A stretch of DNA of 64,000 nucleotides, taken from the NCBI RefSeq assembly GCF_006345805.1, contig NC_042998.1, positions 19,530,001-19,594,000 on the forward strand. The letters run 5' to 3'. The stretch comes from Octopus sinensis. Its lineage: Eukaryota. Of the stretch, positions 1 to 11,776 are shown in pieces (the stretch's first letter is position 1; the number at the start of each line of letters is the position of its first letter). The position numbers and the translations under genes are program-made. The notes beneath the pieces were generated by a model. That model saw only the letters and a list, made by a program, of their open reading frames with translations, ran no database searches and was not told the origin of the DNA.

Positions 1-740
1 CCATTTGGTCAGAGGATACATATTTCAAGTTGCAGTTATTTGGTGTTTTTTCCTGGTTCTGTCTACGTAGTTTGATTGTAGGAGGGGAAACGTGGTTGTA
101 TTTTGTTCTTGCTGTTGTCCTAGATTTCCTCTGTTCCTGTTCATATCTATTCTGTGATCGTTTTGTGCCCTTCAGATGGTGGTTGTTGCATTCTAGGTTC
201 AGGCACATACTTTGTGAGACAGAAGTTTGGCACAGTTTAGGATGGAATAAGGTGCATCCATTGCCTCTTATGCATCCGTATTTAGGGTCAGAACCATAGA
301 TTCTGTATTTAGGACAGTATTTGGGGTGGAGGTGGGGGCAATTTTTTCCTGTTATACCTTATGGACAGGTGCCCATAGCAAGTCTACGACATAAGGTCGG
401 GTGGGGAAAAGCACAGCGTCCATTTTTGTTTGTGCCGCTGGGGCCAAATCTACAAGTGCCTTTAGAATAGTAACGGCAGGGGGTTTTATTTGGTTGTAGT
501 AGTGGTTTTTCTATTTTGGCAGTAGTAGTGGTGGTGGTGGTGGTGGTGGTGGTGGTGTTAGAAGCAGCTTGTTGATTTTGTGATGGTGGGTTCTGGCTTG
601 CCAGTATGTGGTCAAATCTGCAGCTGCCTTGAGAGTAGTAGTGGCAGATAGTTTTACGCGGATGTAGTAGTGATTTTCCTATTGTGGCAGTAGTGGGGAG
701 TTGTAGCAGCATTGGAACTTGACTAGTGGTAGTATTAGAG

Positions 741-772
<32 letters not shown>

Positions 773-1620
773 TTGTTGCTGTAGCGAAGGTGAGACTTGA
801 CTTGGTTCATCAGGTGCTGTTGTCAATGGAAGTAGGTCAGTTGATTGTTGCTGTTGAAGTGACCACTGACCTGTTGGAATTTGGTCATTTGTTGTACTGA
901 ATTCGTTGGCAAGAATGGCTTTTAGTGTTGCCATGTGCGCGTGAAAAATAGGGAATATCCTAACAATTTCTTTTAATTTATTTTCTATCTGTTTTACAGA
1001 TCTGTGAAAGGATTTTTTCGTTAAATCCTCAGTTATTTTGCTATAAACATTAGCTTCGTTGTGATGGATGAACCAAGTGTTAATCATTGCAGTAATTTCA
1101 TTTTCAACCCAGCAGCGTTTTTGAAAATTATTGGCCATATTCAGTGGGGTAGTGTTGTGTAATATATATATGTATGTATGTGTACACCAGTTATTGATGG
1201 CTTGATGTAAAATAGTGAACACACTGTTGAAAAGTTTGTGTCGATATACTCGGTAAATAGTGAATACACCGTTGGAAAGTTTGTGTCGATATACTCGGAA
1301 ATTCGTGGTTTGTGTGTGTGAGAGTTCAGTGTAATTAGTACAATCTAATTAGTACAATCGGGATGAGCGGTGTGTTTGATACAGACCAAGAAAAAAGAAT
1401 TGTACTCACGGGACTAGTTTTAGAACTAGTCTTGGGTTTAGTATTTAGTTTTGGGTTGTTCCTCTTTCTTCAGGTTGTATATAGATTTGTATAAATTTAT
1501 CCTCCGATGGTAGTAAAAGAGTAGTATAGTAGGATTGTAGAGTTCAAAAGTCTTGAGATTAAAGACAAGGAGAGATTATGTTAGCTTGAGTTGAGTTGAG
1601 TTAAATTGAGTTGAAAAATG
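1..1620 (-). mobile_element. 5' part of a non-LTR retrotransposon (5' UTR plus ORF1); ORF2 would lie left of the window
   Basis: ORF1 as above. The upstream region has a ~47-bp tandem repeat (1214-1300) and (CTCAA)n near 1585-1615. Element boundary is approximate. Confidence 0.6.
25..1138 (-). CDS. LINE ORF1-like protein: Myb/SANT-like N-terminus, polyQ/polyT tracts, about 5 CCCH-type zinc fingers; one in-frame TAA at 359-361
   Basis: The ATG at 1138 gives MANNFQKRCWVENEITAMINTW...RSVKQIENKLKEI, a trihelix/Myb-SANT-like pattern. Reading through the TAA continues in frame as GITGKNCPHLHPKYCPKYRIYG...GCIRGNGCTLFHPKLCQTSVSQSMCLNLECNNHHLKGT to a TGA at 25-27. This C..C..C...HP array is typical of CR1/L2-group ORF1. 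Confidence 0.75.
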
Positions 1621-1799
1621 CTTCTTTGGTTAGTTACTGACGGGAGCTATAAAAAGTACAAAATGGCCAATTATATTCCCACACCATATTTATTACTATA
1701 AACAAGAAATTTAATTTATTTTCCAACAAGTCTTTTCTTTTTTGAAAAGTGCCTACAAGAATACAAGAAGGTGGATGCGAATGTTGGAACAAGAAAACA

Positions 1800-2460
1800 T
1801 CACAGTACTTATTTCAAAATCCTAAAATATGCCTTTAGTTAATGAGGCCTCATATTACTGTAACCACTAATTTGCTCGAGATTCCTTTCTTAGATGTTTC
1901 CCTAGACTTAACCTCGCGCTTTTTTAACCCTATCATAAACGGAATGTAAAACTCGGATATCTAAAAAAATAATCCCCTCCTTCTCTATAGTATTCAAAAC
2001 CCGGATAGATAACGTTAGTAATAGGATATCTAATCTCTGCTCTTCGAAAGATTTATTTTATAAAGCAACCCCTCACTGTATTAAAGCAATATCTAACAAC
2101 AACTTCGACGATCTTACAACCCTTCAATAAAAATTGGAAACCAAACAATAGACCCAGGAAAATAATTTGATTCGTGCCCTTTTCTTTCTGAATGTTAAGA
2201 CTAACATAGGCAAGAAACTCCTGACATTGTTAGATAACTATTTCCTAGTAAACCATAAATATTGGAAAGTTTTTAATAGACGCTCCCTAAAATGTTTATA
2301 CAGCTGTTGCCCCAGTAGGAAGGGCATTATCACTCGCAAGCAACAGGAAAATCCCATTCCTAGTTGTAGTTGTCGAGATTTTGAAGCTTGCCCACTCGAT
2401 TAAGTGCGTTTGATAACTGAAGTCACAGCAGTGCTCTAAAATAAGTACAGAAAATAAAAT
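1800..2460 (+). mobile_element. Penelope-like retroelement remnant (end of RT and linker)
   Basis: Broken translation includes IPFLDVSLDL, NVKTNIGKKLLTLLDNYF..NHKYWKVFNRRSLKCLYSC and CSCRDFEACPLD. These match the Penelope RT motif 7, thumb and Cys-rich linker pattern. Confidence 0.75.
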
Positions 2461-3154
2461 TTCATCGCAGGCAATTTTAAAAGTGGATATGCAAACACCA
2501 GCTTTACTTTTTGCCTTACGACTCTAGGCACAAAGAATATATCAAGGATAGAAAGAGACAGAGCGAAGGGGAGAAGAGGGAAAACGAGGGATATGTAAAT
2601 GAGAGTGAGAGAGGAAAAGCCGGAAGGAGAGATAGAGTGGAAAGTAAGGAGAGAGAGAGAGAGAGAGAGATATGAAAAAGAGTAGAACAGGAAGTATGGA
2701 ACGACAGGGATAAAAAGGGGGGATTAATTTATCGGTTATGTCGTTTGCCATCTTCCAACTATTAACCGCAGATATGGGATCTAAAGATCACGCATCCTAA
2801 TGGAGAATGGTAGAGAAATCTACGCCATACGTAAAGGAATCAAAGCGGTGTATGCTATATGGAGCCGAAGGATCACATATTTTCGTTAGATCTAGGAATT
2901 CAACGACATTACTTAATTCCAGGTCCAGTTTTTTTAGGAAATGGAAGCACATGGAAATGATTCTGTTGTGAAACTGGAGGACATCACCCCCTGTAGATTC
3001 AGCAGTTCTCTTACAGATTTAGCCGACAACCCGTTGAAGAATTCTACACCAGCTTCACTATGCTTTGTACAGAAACAAGGGAATAAAACTCTTCGTATAT
3101 ATGTGTGTGTGCATGCGTCCGTGCTCGCGAGTGCGTGTGTATGCGTGTATGTGT

Positions 3155-3188
<34 letters not shown>

Positions 3189-3712
3189 ATATGACTGTAT
3201 GCTTGATTGTGCTATCGAATTATTGATGAAAGAAAACACTGAAACAGTTTCTAGTCACTAATATCTTTTTTTTTTTTTTTTCCTTTTTGCATTTCAGACT
3301 TGGTACTAATTAGTTCGCATAAGTTTCTAACATATGAGCAGACAGCTAGTATTAGCTGCAAAATTTCGATCAATTTCCAACCCAGTGTCTGAAATACTTT
3401 GTAAGCAAAACGAAATAATGTTCACCAAGTGACATTTTGTCGGAAACAAAAGAGATAAATGAGCTTCGTCAAGTTTTGATAGCGTTCATCATAGTCTGTT
3501 TCGTTCGGAGTTGTTTTGATGTTAGACAAGAACGAAAACATAAACCACAACGATACTGTACAAGCCAATTGTCTGCAACAGTTTATTTTCCTCTGATTAT
3601 TAAAAGTTGCTACTTCAATAGACATAAAATTTATTTCATTTCAAAAGTGAAAATATATGATTCAGGGAGAGGTATCAGGTGTTTTTTCCGTATTTATTCG
3701 AACAATAAATAC

Positions 3713-4148
3713 AGGATCTTTTCGGTTTGAACGGCAGTTTTTTCTAGCGGTGTCATATGAAATTGTCACCCATAATTATTACCCTAGTATCGATCTATTG
3801 CATTTCAATCTGTTTTAGGGTTAGGCTTAGTTAGGTTTAGGGTTAGGGATGGGGGAAGGGTATCTTTTTTTCTTCACAAATGTAAATAAGCCCAATCTGT
3901 TTCTTAAACGAGGGACATATTCATACGGCACAGAATGTTTTTTTGTACCTCAATAGACGTTAGTGATTGGTTGAAATTGCAGAAATTGAAGAACAAAACA
4001 GCAGATATCTTACAAACTGTAGAATTTTATCAATAAAGCCAAGAGAAAAAGATGTTTTATAAACACATTCTACCAGTATATGAGGTTAAAATTATTTTAG
4101 TTACCTAGAAATTATGTTAAAAACTGCCGTTCAAACCGAAAAGATCCT
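3713..4148 (+). mobile_element. Non-autonomous DNA element with perfect 30-bp TIRs and internal TTAGGG-like repeats
   Basis: It starts AGGATCTTTTCGGTTTGAACGGCAGTTTTT and ends with the exact reverse complement. AAATAC flanks both sides (3707-3712, 4149-4154). Internal ttagggttaggcttagttaggtttagggttaggg. Confidence 0.85.
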
Positions 4149-6508
4149 AAATACGATATATTTGTAAAGCATCGTTCTTAATAAGCCTTAATTTATATAC
4201 GTCCGATATAGGTCAGTATGGCTTACTGTATAGGATACAGAATTGTGCAATCTTCTATTTCAGATAATGATATACCTCTCCGCATTTGAAAAAAACAAAG
4301 AACATCTAATTAATGCGTTTTATAATTTTCTTTCAAGGCCTTCATAAATAGTATAGCAGAGGACTAAATGTATTTTGAACTCTATCTTGTTTCTTTATGC
4401 ATTTTAGTTAAGCTACGAATGCCGTTAATTTACACTTCTTCTCAGCATTAAGATGAGGTATTTGGAGGTATGTGAGTATATTACAACAACTATTTGCTTA
4501 CAAAACAACCTTTGTATTTATACTAAAATAGCAATGTTTATTGTTATTAATTAGACAGCTTCCAGTGTAAGATAAAAGGGTGTGTAAACTGTATTCATTT
4601 CAAAGTTAATTACTCAAGGTGTTCTATAAAATGTTTTAGTTCCACATTGAATTGCACCGTGATTATAAAGACTCCACTTTCACTTTTGTTTTTAATGTTA
4701 TGTTAAGGCAGAATTAACGTGACTGTGCAAGTGATAGATCTGTTACTTACAATTACATTTGTAATCCACAGGGTTGGTTTCCATAGTTTCCGCATTCAGT
4801 GATCAACAGTCGGCACGACACTAGCCAAATATAGCGGTAGACAATTACCAGTTTTCTGTACCAGAACACTTTGAAATCATATAATCTCAGTTGGGTTGAA
4901 CATGAGACTTTATGTTTGCGAATCAAACTTCGTAATAATCCACGCACACATACAGTTTGTCAGGGGATGTACAACCATACGTAAAGATAAGGAAGTAAAT
5001 TTTTACAAATTGCAATTTGAACAAACAATATGTAGTATTAGTTCATTGGTTGCCTAACATTTATATTAATTGTATTAGTTAATATAAATGATATAAATGT
5101 ATCGTGCTTGATATGTTGTCTTTCGATTACAAGACGTTCTGTAAATGCACAGATGAAGAATAGAAAATTTAGGAAACGTTTTTTTTTTAGTTTATAATTA
5201 ACAATGTACTGAAAATGTAAATTAATAAAAACAAATACTCTTCTTATAGAGCACTATTTCATGTAACATGAATTTTAATGAAGATTCACAGAGTAGTTGT
5301 TTATGATAGTTTTTTTTTTACATAAGTTAACAATAAAAATACTTTTACAAAATCGTGTACTGATTTAAAAAAATACATTTAAAGAAGAAAGATTTGTTTT
5401 TCATTTTGTCATACAATCTAATTTGAATCCACGCAGACATGTTCCATCACCTAACGAGAACATCATTCATAATAATAGATGAGAGATGCTAACAGATTGA
5501 CGAATCGAAGCTTTATGCATTCCTACAGCATTTACATAGTAACATCCATCACAGAGATTCCAAAAAAATTACTCATTTACTTAATAATCAATTTATCGGT
5601 TATGTCGGTTGCCATCTTCCAACAATTCACCGCAGATTTATTTGTTATCTATATTATTAAAATGAACTTGGTTGTTCGTTAAATTGGGTGTATTTAATTT
5701 AGTTCATGAGGACAATTTTCAATTCAAAAAGAATAGTGGCAATTAGTAGAAGCTATACACACGCATATACTTGCATTTATACTCATGCGAATAAGATCAA
5801 ATATTCAGTTCACATAATGTATAGGATGGAAAGCTTACCTAACAAGGAAACGATAGTTAGTTTGCTTATACTTAAATTTTAAAAAAAGAATGTCAGATTA
5901 TGTGGTTGAGAATTTGTCTGTGAATACGTATATTTAGGAATGTACATACGTATGTATGCCGGAGTATGTGTGTATTTTTCCGTGTGATATATGGATGAAA
6001 CAGTTGTGTAAGTAATGTAATCCAAATTTCATACATATTCCTTAATTATTGTCAATACCGTGTAAATCCTGAAATCTGAATTTTACATTTAAGCAAACTG
6101 CTACCAATAAGAAAAGCCAAAGCTTGAAATTTACATTTAATGTTCCTAACATTCACACACATTGATATGCGCACACAGAAAACACTCATGCACGGACATA
6201 ACGCTATCGAAATAAAATTCTTCATTTAAAAAATCACGAAAAGCCTTGTATCGCCTGTTGTAAAAATCACAAATAATTAAGCACTGTCTTGCGTTCTACT
6301 CATTTTCGTTGTTATAATTGACATCTATGGTGCTAGAATTCCTGATGACTTTTATTAGTATGGAGAGACAATGACAGTCAACCGCATTGAAGTAGATAGC
6401 GTGAATAGATAGTGAATACAACATTTATAATAACTAGACCTTCAGAAAGATCAGTTCTACAGATGTAAGAGTGTATCCTTCCACTCATGTGGACATTATT
6501 CAAGCACT

Positions 6509-6896
6509 GTGGAGGCGCAATGGCCCAGTGGTTAGGGCAGCGGACTCGCGGTCATAGGATCACGGTTTCGATTCCCAGACCGGGCGTTGTGAGTGTTTAT
6601 TGAGCGAAAACACCTAAAGCTCCACGAGGCTCCGGCAGGGGATGGTTGTGATCCCTGCTGTACTCTTTCACCACAACATTCTCTCACTCTTACTTCCTGT
6701 TTTTGTTGTACCTGTATTTCAAAGGGCCGGCCTTGTCACTCTCTGTGTCACGCTGAATATCCCCGAGAACTACGTTAAGGGTACACGTGTCTGTGGAGTG
6801 CTCAGCCACTTACACGTTAATTTCACGAGCAGGCTGCTCCGTTGATTCGGATCAACCGGAACCCTCGTCGTTGTAACCGACGGAGTGCTTTCATCC
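6509..6896 (+). mobile_element. tRNA-derived SINE (family A), full length with 11-bp TSD
   Basis: A box TGGCCCAGTGG and B box GGTTTCGATTCCC. Direct repeat ATTCAAGCACT at 6498-6508 and 6897-6907. Confidence 0.9.
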
Positions 6897-7372
6897 ATTC
6901 AAGCACTCTATCTTAAAATCTTCTCGTGTTTTACACTTAACGCCTTTCATATTATTTGAAAGCATCAAGAGGCCAAGTGCGCACCTAATTAATACAAACA
7001 CACATACACACACACACCATTTGTATGTATTTGTCTCTGTTTATCGGAGTGAATGCATGTATATGCATGTATGGAAGGGAAAGTTTATCAGTAGCAAAAT
7101 ACTGTCTATCCGACTCAATCTAGATGCACACGTTGTATCTTGGCACTTGGAAAAGATAATGAGCCGCCTCTTGCTACAGCTTCTGGCGAAACTGACGATA
7201 TTTTGATGAGAGCTAGACTCCAAAAATGAGGGGGTTCGTTACTGTACAGATAAAAACGGGGTTCGCACTAACCTACTAGAATAGATAGAACGTGATTCAT
7301 AGGACGATCACTAGTATTGGTTTACAAATGGCCAGTCACTTATTAAATAAATAAATAAGTATATATATATAT

Positions 7373-7493
7373 CACCGTGATCACCATGACCGACCAGGCT
7401 ATCAGATGTTGCTACACATCGTTGGTCACAATGCGCTTCGCATTGATTTAGCTTTCAAATGACGCCACCCCGCAGGCTAAGCGAGCAGACCAA
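7373..7493 (-). repeat. Short interspersed repeat fragment, probably SINE-like
   Basis: GC-richer block between microsatellites that ends in a (cacggtgat)-like tail on the - strand. Family not confirmed. Confidence 0.4.
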
Positions 7494-7494
7494 T

Positions 7495-7873
<379 letters not shown>

Positions 7874-7953
7874 GGTCCCGGGTTGATCCGGGGTTAACCA
7901 CAGTAAGTAAGGTACTCAATACATAGCAGAGTAAAATTAATTTATTATATAGA

Positions 7954-8046
7954 AGGAGCTTCTACAGGACTAGTACTGTTTCATTCAGAGAAATCTTCAG
8001 GAAGATTTCTCTTGAATGAAACAGTACTAGTCCTGTAGAAGCTCCT
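7954..8046. repeat. Near-perfect palindrome with ~45-bp arms
   Basis: aggagcttctacaggactagtactgtttcattcagagaaatcttc-ag-gaagatttctcttgaatgaaacagtactagtcctgtagaagctcct. There is one extra T in the right arm. Confidence 0.95.
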
Positions 8047-8054
8047 CTATATAT

Positions 8055-8098
<44 letters not shown>

Positions 8099-8103
<5 letters not shown>

Positions 8104-8311
8104 GAGCTGGCAGAAACGGTAGCATGTCGAGCAAAATGCTTAGAGGTGTTTTGTCTGTCTTTACGTTCTGAGTTCAAATTTCACCGAGGTCGACTTTGCC
8201 TTTCATCATTTCGGGGTGGATAAATTAAGAACCAGTTGCGTACTGGGGTCGATCTAATTGTCTGGCCTTCTCCCCAAAATTTTCGCACTTTGTGCCTAGA
8301 GTTTGGAAGAG
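8099..8311 (+). mobile_element. SINE family B (GAGTTCAAAT B-box-like; Deu/Nin-like central domain)
   Basis: ggtgagctggcagaaacg...gagttcaaatt...gtcgactttgcctttcatc..ttcggggt.gataaattaag..ccag, repeated at several loci in this window. Confidence 0.85.
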
Positions 8312-10174
8312 TATATATATATGTATGTGTATGTGTGTGTGTGTGTGTGTGCGTGATTGTGTGTGTATGCACGCGAGCCCGAATATGTGTTTACTACCGT
8401 TTGATACGTAACGGAATGTGCATTAACCCATATAACACATTTAGATATGCGCATGTATTTTGATATCTATGTACATTACCCGTCTATGTGATTATATTTG
8501 TATATCTAGAACTATATTTCTAGATGCGGCTTCCGAATGCGATTTGGAATAAGCTTTCCCCTCATTTTAATGAAGAGAGGAATACATGCGATAGAAGATG
8601 ACAAATGAGCGTTATTTGTTCCTACATTATAGGAATCCTGCTGAGAAACAAATTTCTATTTATCCAGATAAAGTATTAGGATGAGGGAGAACTTGATTTA
8701 TCACTTGTGGAAAATGACGGGGAGGTGCTAGGGGCAAGAAGCGTGCAATATAAAGAGTAAAACGAATAATTAAGTAAATATACATAAAAATGTTTCATAA
8801 ATTTTATTCGTAAATACAACCTCTGTATTTGATTGATTAACCGTAATTAAACTGGTATAAGCAGCAGAAGTAATATAATTTTGGATAGACTCAAAACTAT
8901 AATTAAATTTAGCATCCAATTAGATCTTTATACATGTGCTTCTTGTGTGATTGGCTTATTAGGATCCCTATTAAAATTAAAACTAGATTACAACAGTTAA
9001 ATGTCGCCTATAAATTACGTTTCCTTTACACCCAGCTTGTTTAACAATGCTAATGAGTTTGCTAATTTTACCACAATTTCACAGCGGCATGAGACTAGTA
9101 ATTTCCAATCCAGAAGGACTATAATTAAATCTGAGGATTCACTTTGGATTAAGAAAGTATAATGAACCCAATTTCATATGGGTAACTATATTTGGAATTC
9201 TTCGGAGAATACTGATCGTTTTGGATTATATATATTTAAACAACTTTAAATTATATTATTACCGCTTGGGGAATATAACGACAAATTTATCAGATATTCG
9301 ATATATCTCAAAATCAACAGAATGGATCAGTAAAAACCAATAATTTTTTTCAATTAATACTATCTATGCTTTCTTTTATATTCTAGTAGCATTATAGATA
9401 TTAAAATAATACTCTATTTAAAGGGGACTCGAGGAAAATATTTATGAAAATATATATCTGCTGCAAATAGTACATGAAATGTTGGTAAGTGATCTGGTAT
9501 ATCTTTTTGTATAAACTTGTTCATAATTTGAAAGCTAAAACTTGGATCCTTTTACAGATTATATCTGTCATGTGACTGGGCGTTTTTTTTTTAAATCCTT
9601 GAATTTTCCAAATTGTTAGTTGGTGATTTACTAATATCATCAATTGCACCAAATGTTATTATATTGCGAATTTGTAATCAGACTAGAAGTGCAGCTGTTT
9701 TGATACCAGCCGCTCTTTAATACTCTTCACGCTCACTCTAACAGAGATTCCCATCTCTATGTTATCTGACATCCATGAATATGCATGAATTCTCTCTTAT
9801 CTCTTGTAAGATATGTTTGCATTTTGTAAAAAGCTGACGAGGATGTTATACCAAAAAGACATGTGTTCCTACAAATGTATTTGATGACCGTGAGTTTATG
9901 ACGCTCGCTTTGCAACTTCGGGCTGTCAGGTAAGTCTCACTGCGCCAGATCTTAGGCAGGTATTTCCATTATAGCCTCGATTCAATACTAAATTATGAGT
10001 GAATTCAGTAGAGAGAAAATGAGAGGGGCATCGTTGCATATGTATATGTGTATGTGTATGTGTGTGTCTGTGTCTGTGTCTGTGTGTGCGCGAATTTTGT
10101 ACAGGAAATAGTGGTACAACAAGGCACCAATTTTTGGTGGATCTAGCAGTCAATAACGGTTCGACGCTATGCAA

Positions 10175-10290
10175 ATCCAATCACAAGGCTTTTGTCCACT
10201 CGAGGCTATAGTACAAGACACTTGCCCACGTGGGACTGAACCCGGAACTATGTGGTTGGTCAGCAAGCTGCTTAACACCCACCCACCCCT
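10175..10290 (-). mobile_element. SINE family C fragment
   Basis: caaatccaatcacaaggct...gaggctatagtacaagacacttgccc...gggactgaacccggaac. Confidence 0.7.
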
Positions 10291-10310
10291 GCACCTATAT
10301 ATATGCATAT

Positions 10311-10383
<73 letters not shown>

Positions 10384-10478
10384 AAATGGATATAATAACA
10401 ATGGGAAACTCGTGTTTTTCGCTGGTATGTTTTTAATTTAATTAGATAACAAAGAAGGAAGAAGCAGAGATGAAGGTA

Positions 10479-10529
10479 GCAATTACGATCGTTTCAATTT
10501 ACTGGTTTAAGTAAATCTCATCAGAATGT
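10479..10529 (-). ncRNA. Minimal type I hammerhead ribozyme motif with imperfect stem I
   Basis: - strand: acatt CTGATGA gatttact-taaacc-agtaaatt GAAA c-gatc-g TA attgc. The core is complete, stem II is 8 bp and stem I pairs at 3 of 5 positions. Confidence 0.6.
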
Positions 10530-11285
10530 GAATATAGATAGATACATTGGTTAAGATGCGAAAATAATTGGTACATATGTGATGGTAATATAAAACAAAG
10601 GTAGTAATTGTTACATTAAATGTAATTCTTATATTAAATGTCTCCGTATTTCCATTCCGCATCACGTTTAGCATTTATTTATTTACGGCTGCATATTAAA
10701 TAATGGTATTTTATTTTTGAAAGGAGTATAGGACAAATGTGGTTATTTTGAGGTTGAAGGATTGGGCACAATGAGAATTTAAAATGGAGATGATAGTATG
10801 CGTCTCCATGCGTCATAAGGCCAAAGGGGTAGAGGTATAAAGAAGATAAAAGTCACTGAAACAAATGTTTCGATGTTTTGTTAAGCAGTTTTATATGAAT
10901 TTGCCTTGGTATTCTTTTCACTTCTGTTCAGAGAAATATATATAATCAAATCATAACTGCTATTGTAGGAAAAATAATCCATTCACAGAACTACCATATT
11001 TATTTCATCGCCAGCTTATATCGATATCGCATGGAAAGTTATATAGATTAGCGACATCATTCAACGGGATTATTTCAAATACAGAAAGGAGTGATAGAAT
11101 AACATGAGTATTGAGGACTATAAACATTATCTTTGTCTGAAATTACTGTTAGCATTTTCGGGTGATGTGACTTAAAAGAATGACGAATAACATTTGAGGA
11201 GAAGAACTATAAATTTCAAACAATATAAATTTCAAATTCTTGATCTATAAATATTAACTCCAATATATTATACACTTGGCAATCG

Positions 11286-11348
<63 letters not shown>

Positions 11349-11717
11349 ATATATATATATATATATAACCATACATGTCTTACATCTATTTCTTTCCTCC
11401 ACCTCACTCTTTATTTGTATCACATCGAAAGTAACTATGACTTAATTTTTCCTCTCACACCGTCTCCGATGAAAGGGATATTATTAATTAATATCCTAGA
11501 AACACCTGTAAGACCTTCTATCCATAAATGCTCTAAAATCTATACAGCCTTGCTTTTTTAACGCATTGCGCAAAAAAATTCATATATACACACGCTGACA
11601 TAGAAACAAAGTTGAACACTTTATTCGCAATATTACCGAATCTGGAACTTAACCATGGTCTGTCTATAGAACTTATCCAGCATTATCTGACACCTTTGGT
11701 TCTCAACGACACCATTG

Positions 11718-11776
<59 letters not shown>

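Noticed and set aside
2780-3080. Possible L1/Tx1 RT fragment
   Set aside because: Only scattered residues (GPVF, SVVK) match; too decayed to call.
4752-4990. Cys-rich, EGF-like stretch on the - strand ending at a GTAAGT donor
   Set aside because: Every frame has stops across the region and Cys spacing does not fit an EGF domain.
8700-8760. TATA-like TATAAAGA after a GC-richer patch
   Set aside because: Uninformative in such AT-rich DNA, with no linked transcript.
9835-9929. Strong donor CAG/GTAAGT with an upstream open frame
   Set aside because: No convincing acceptor and no recognisable peptide.
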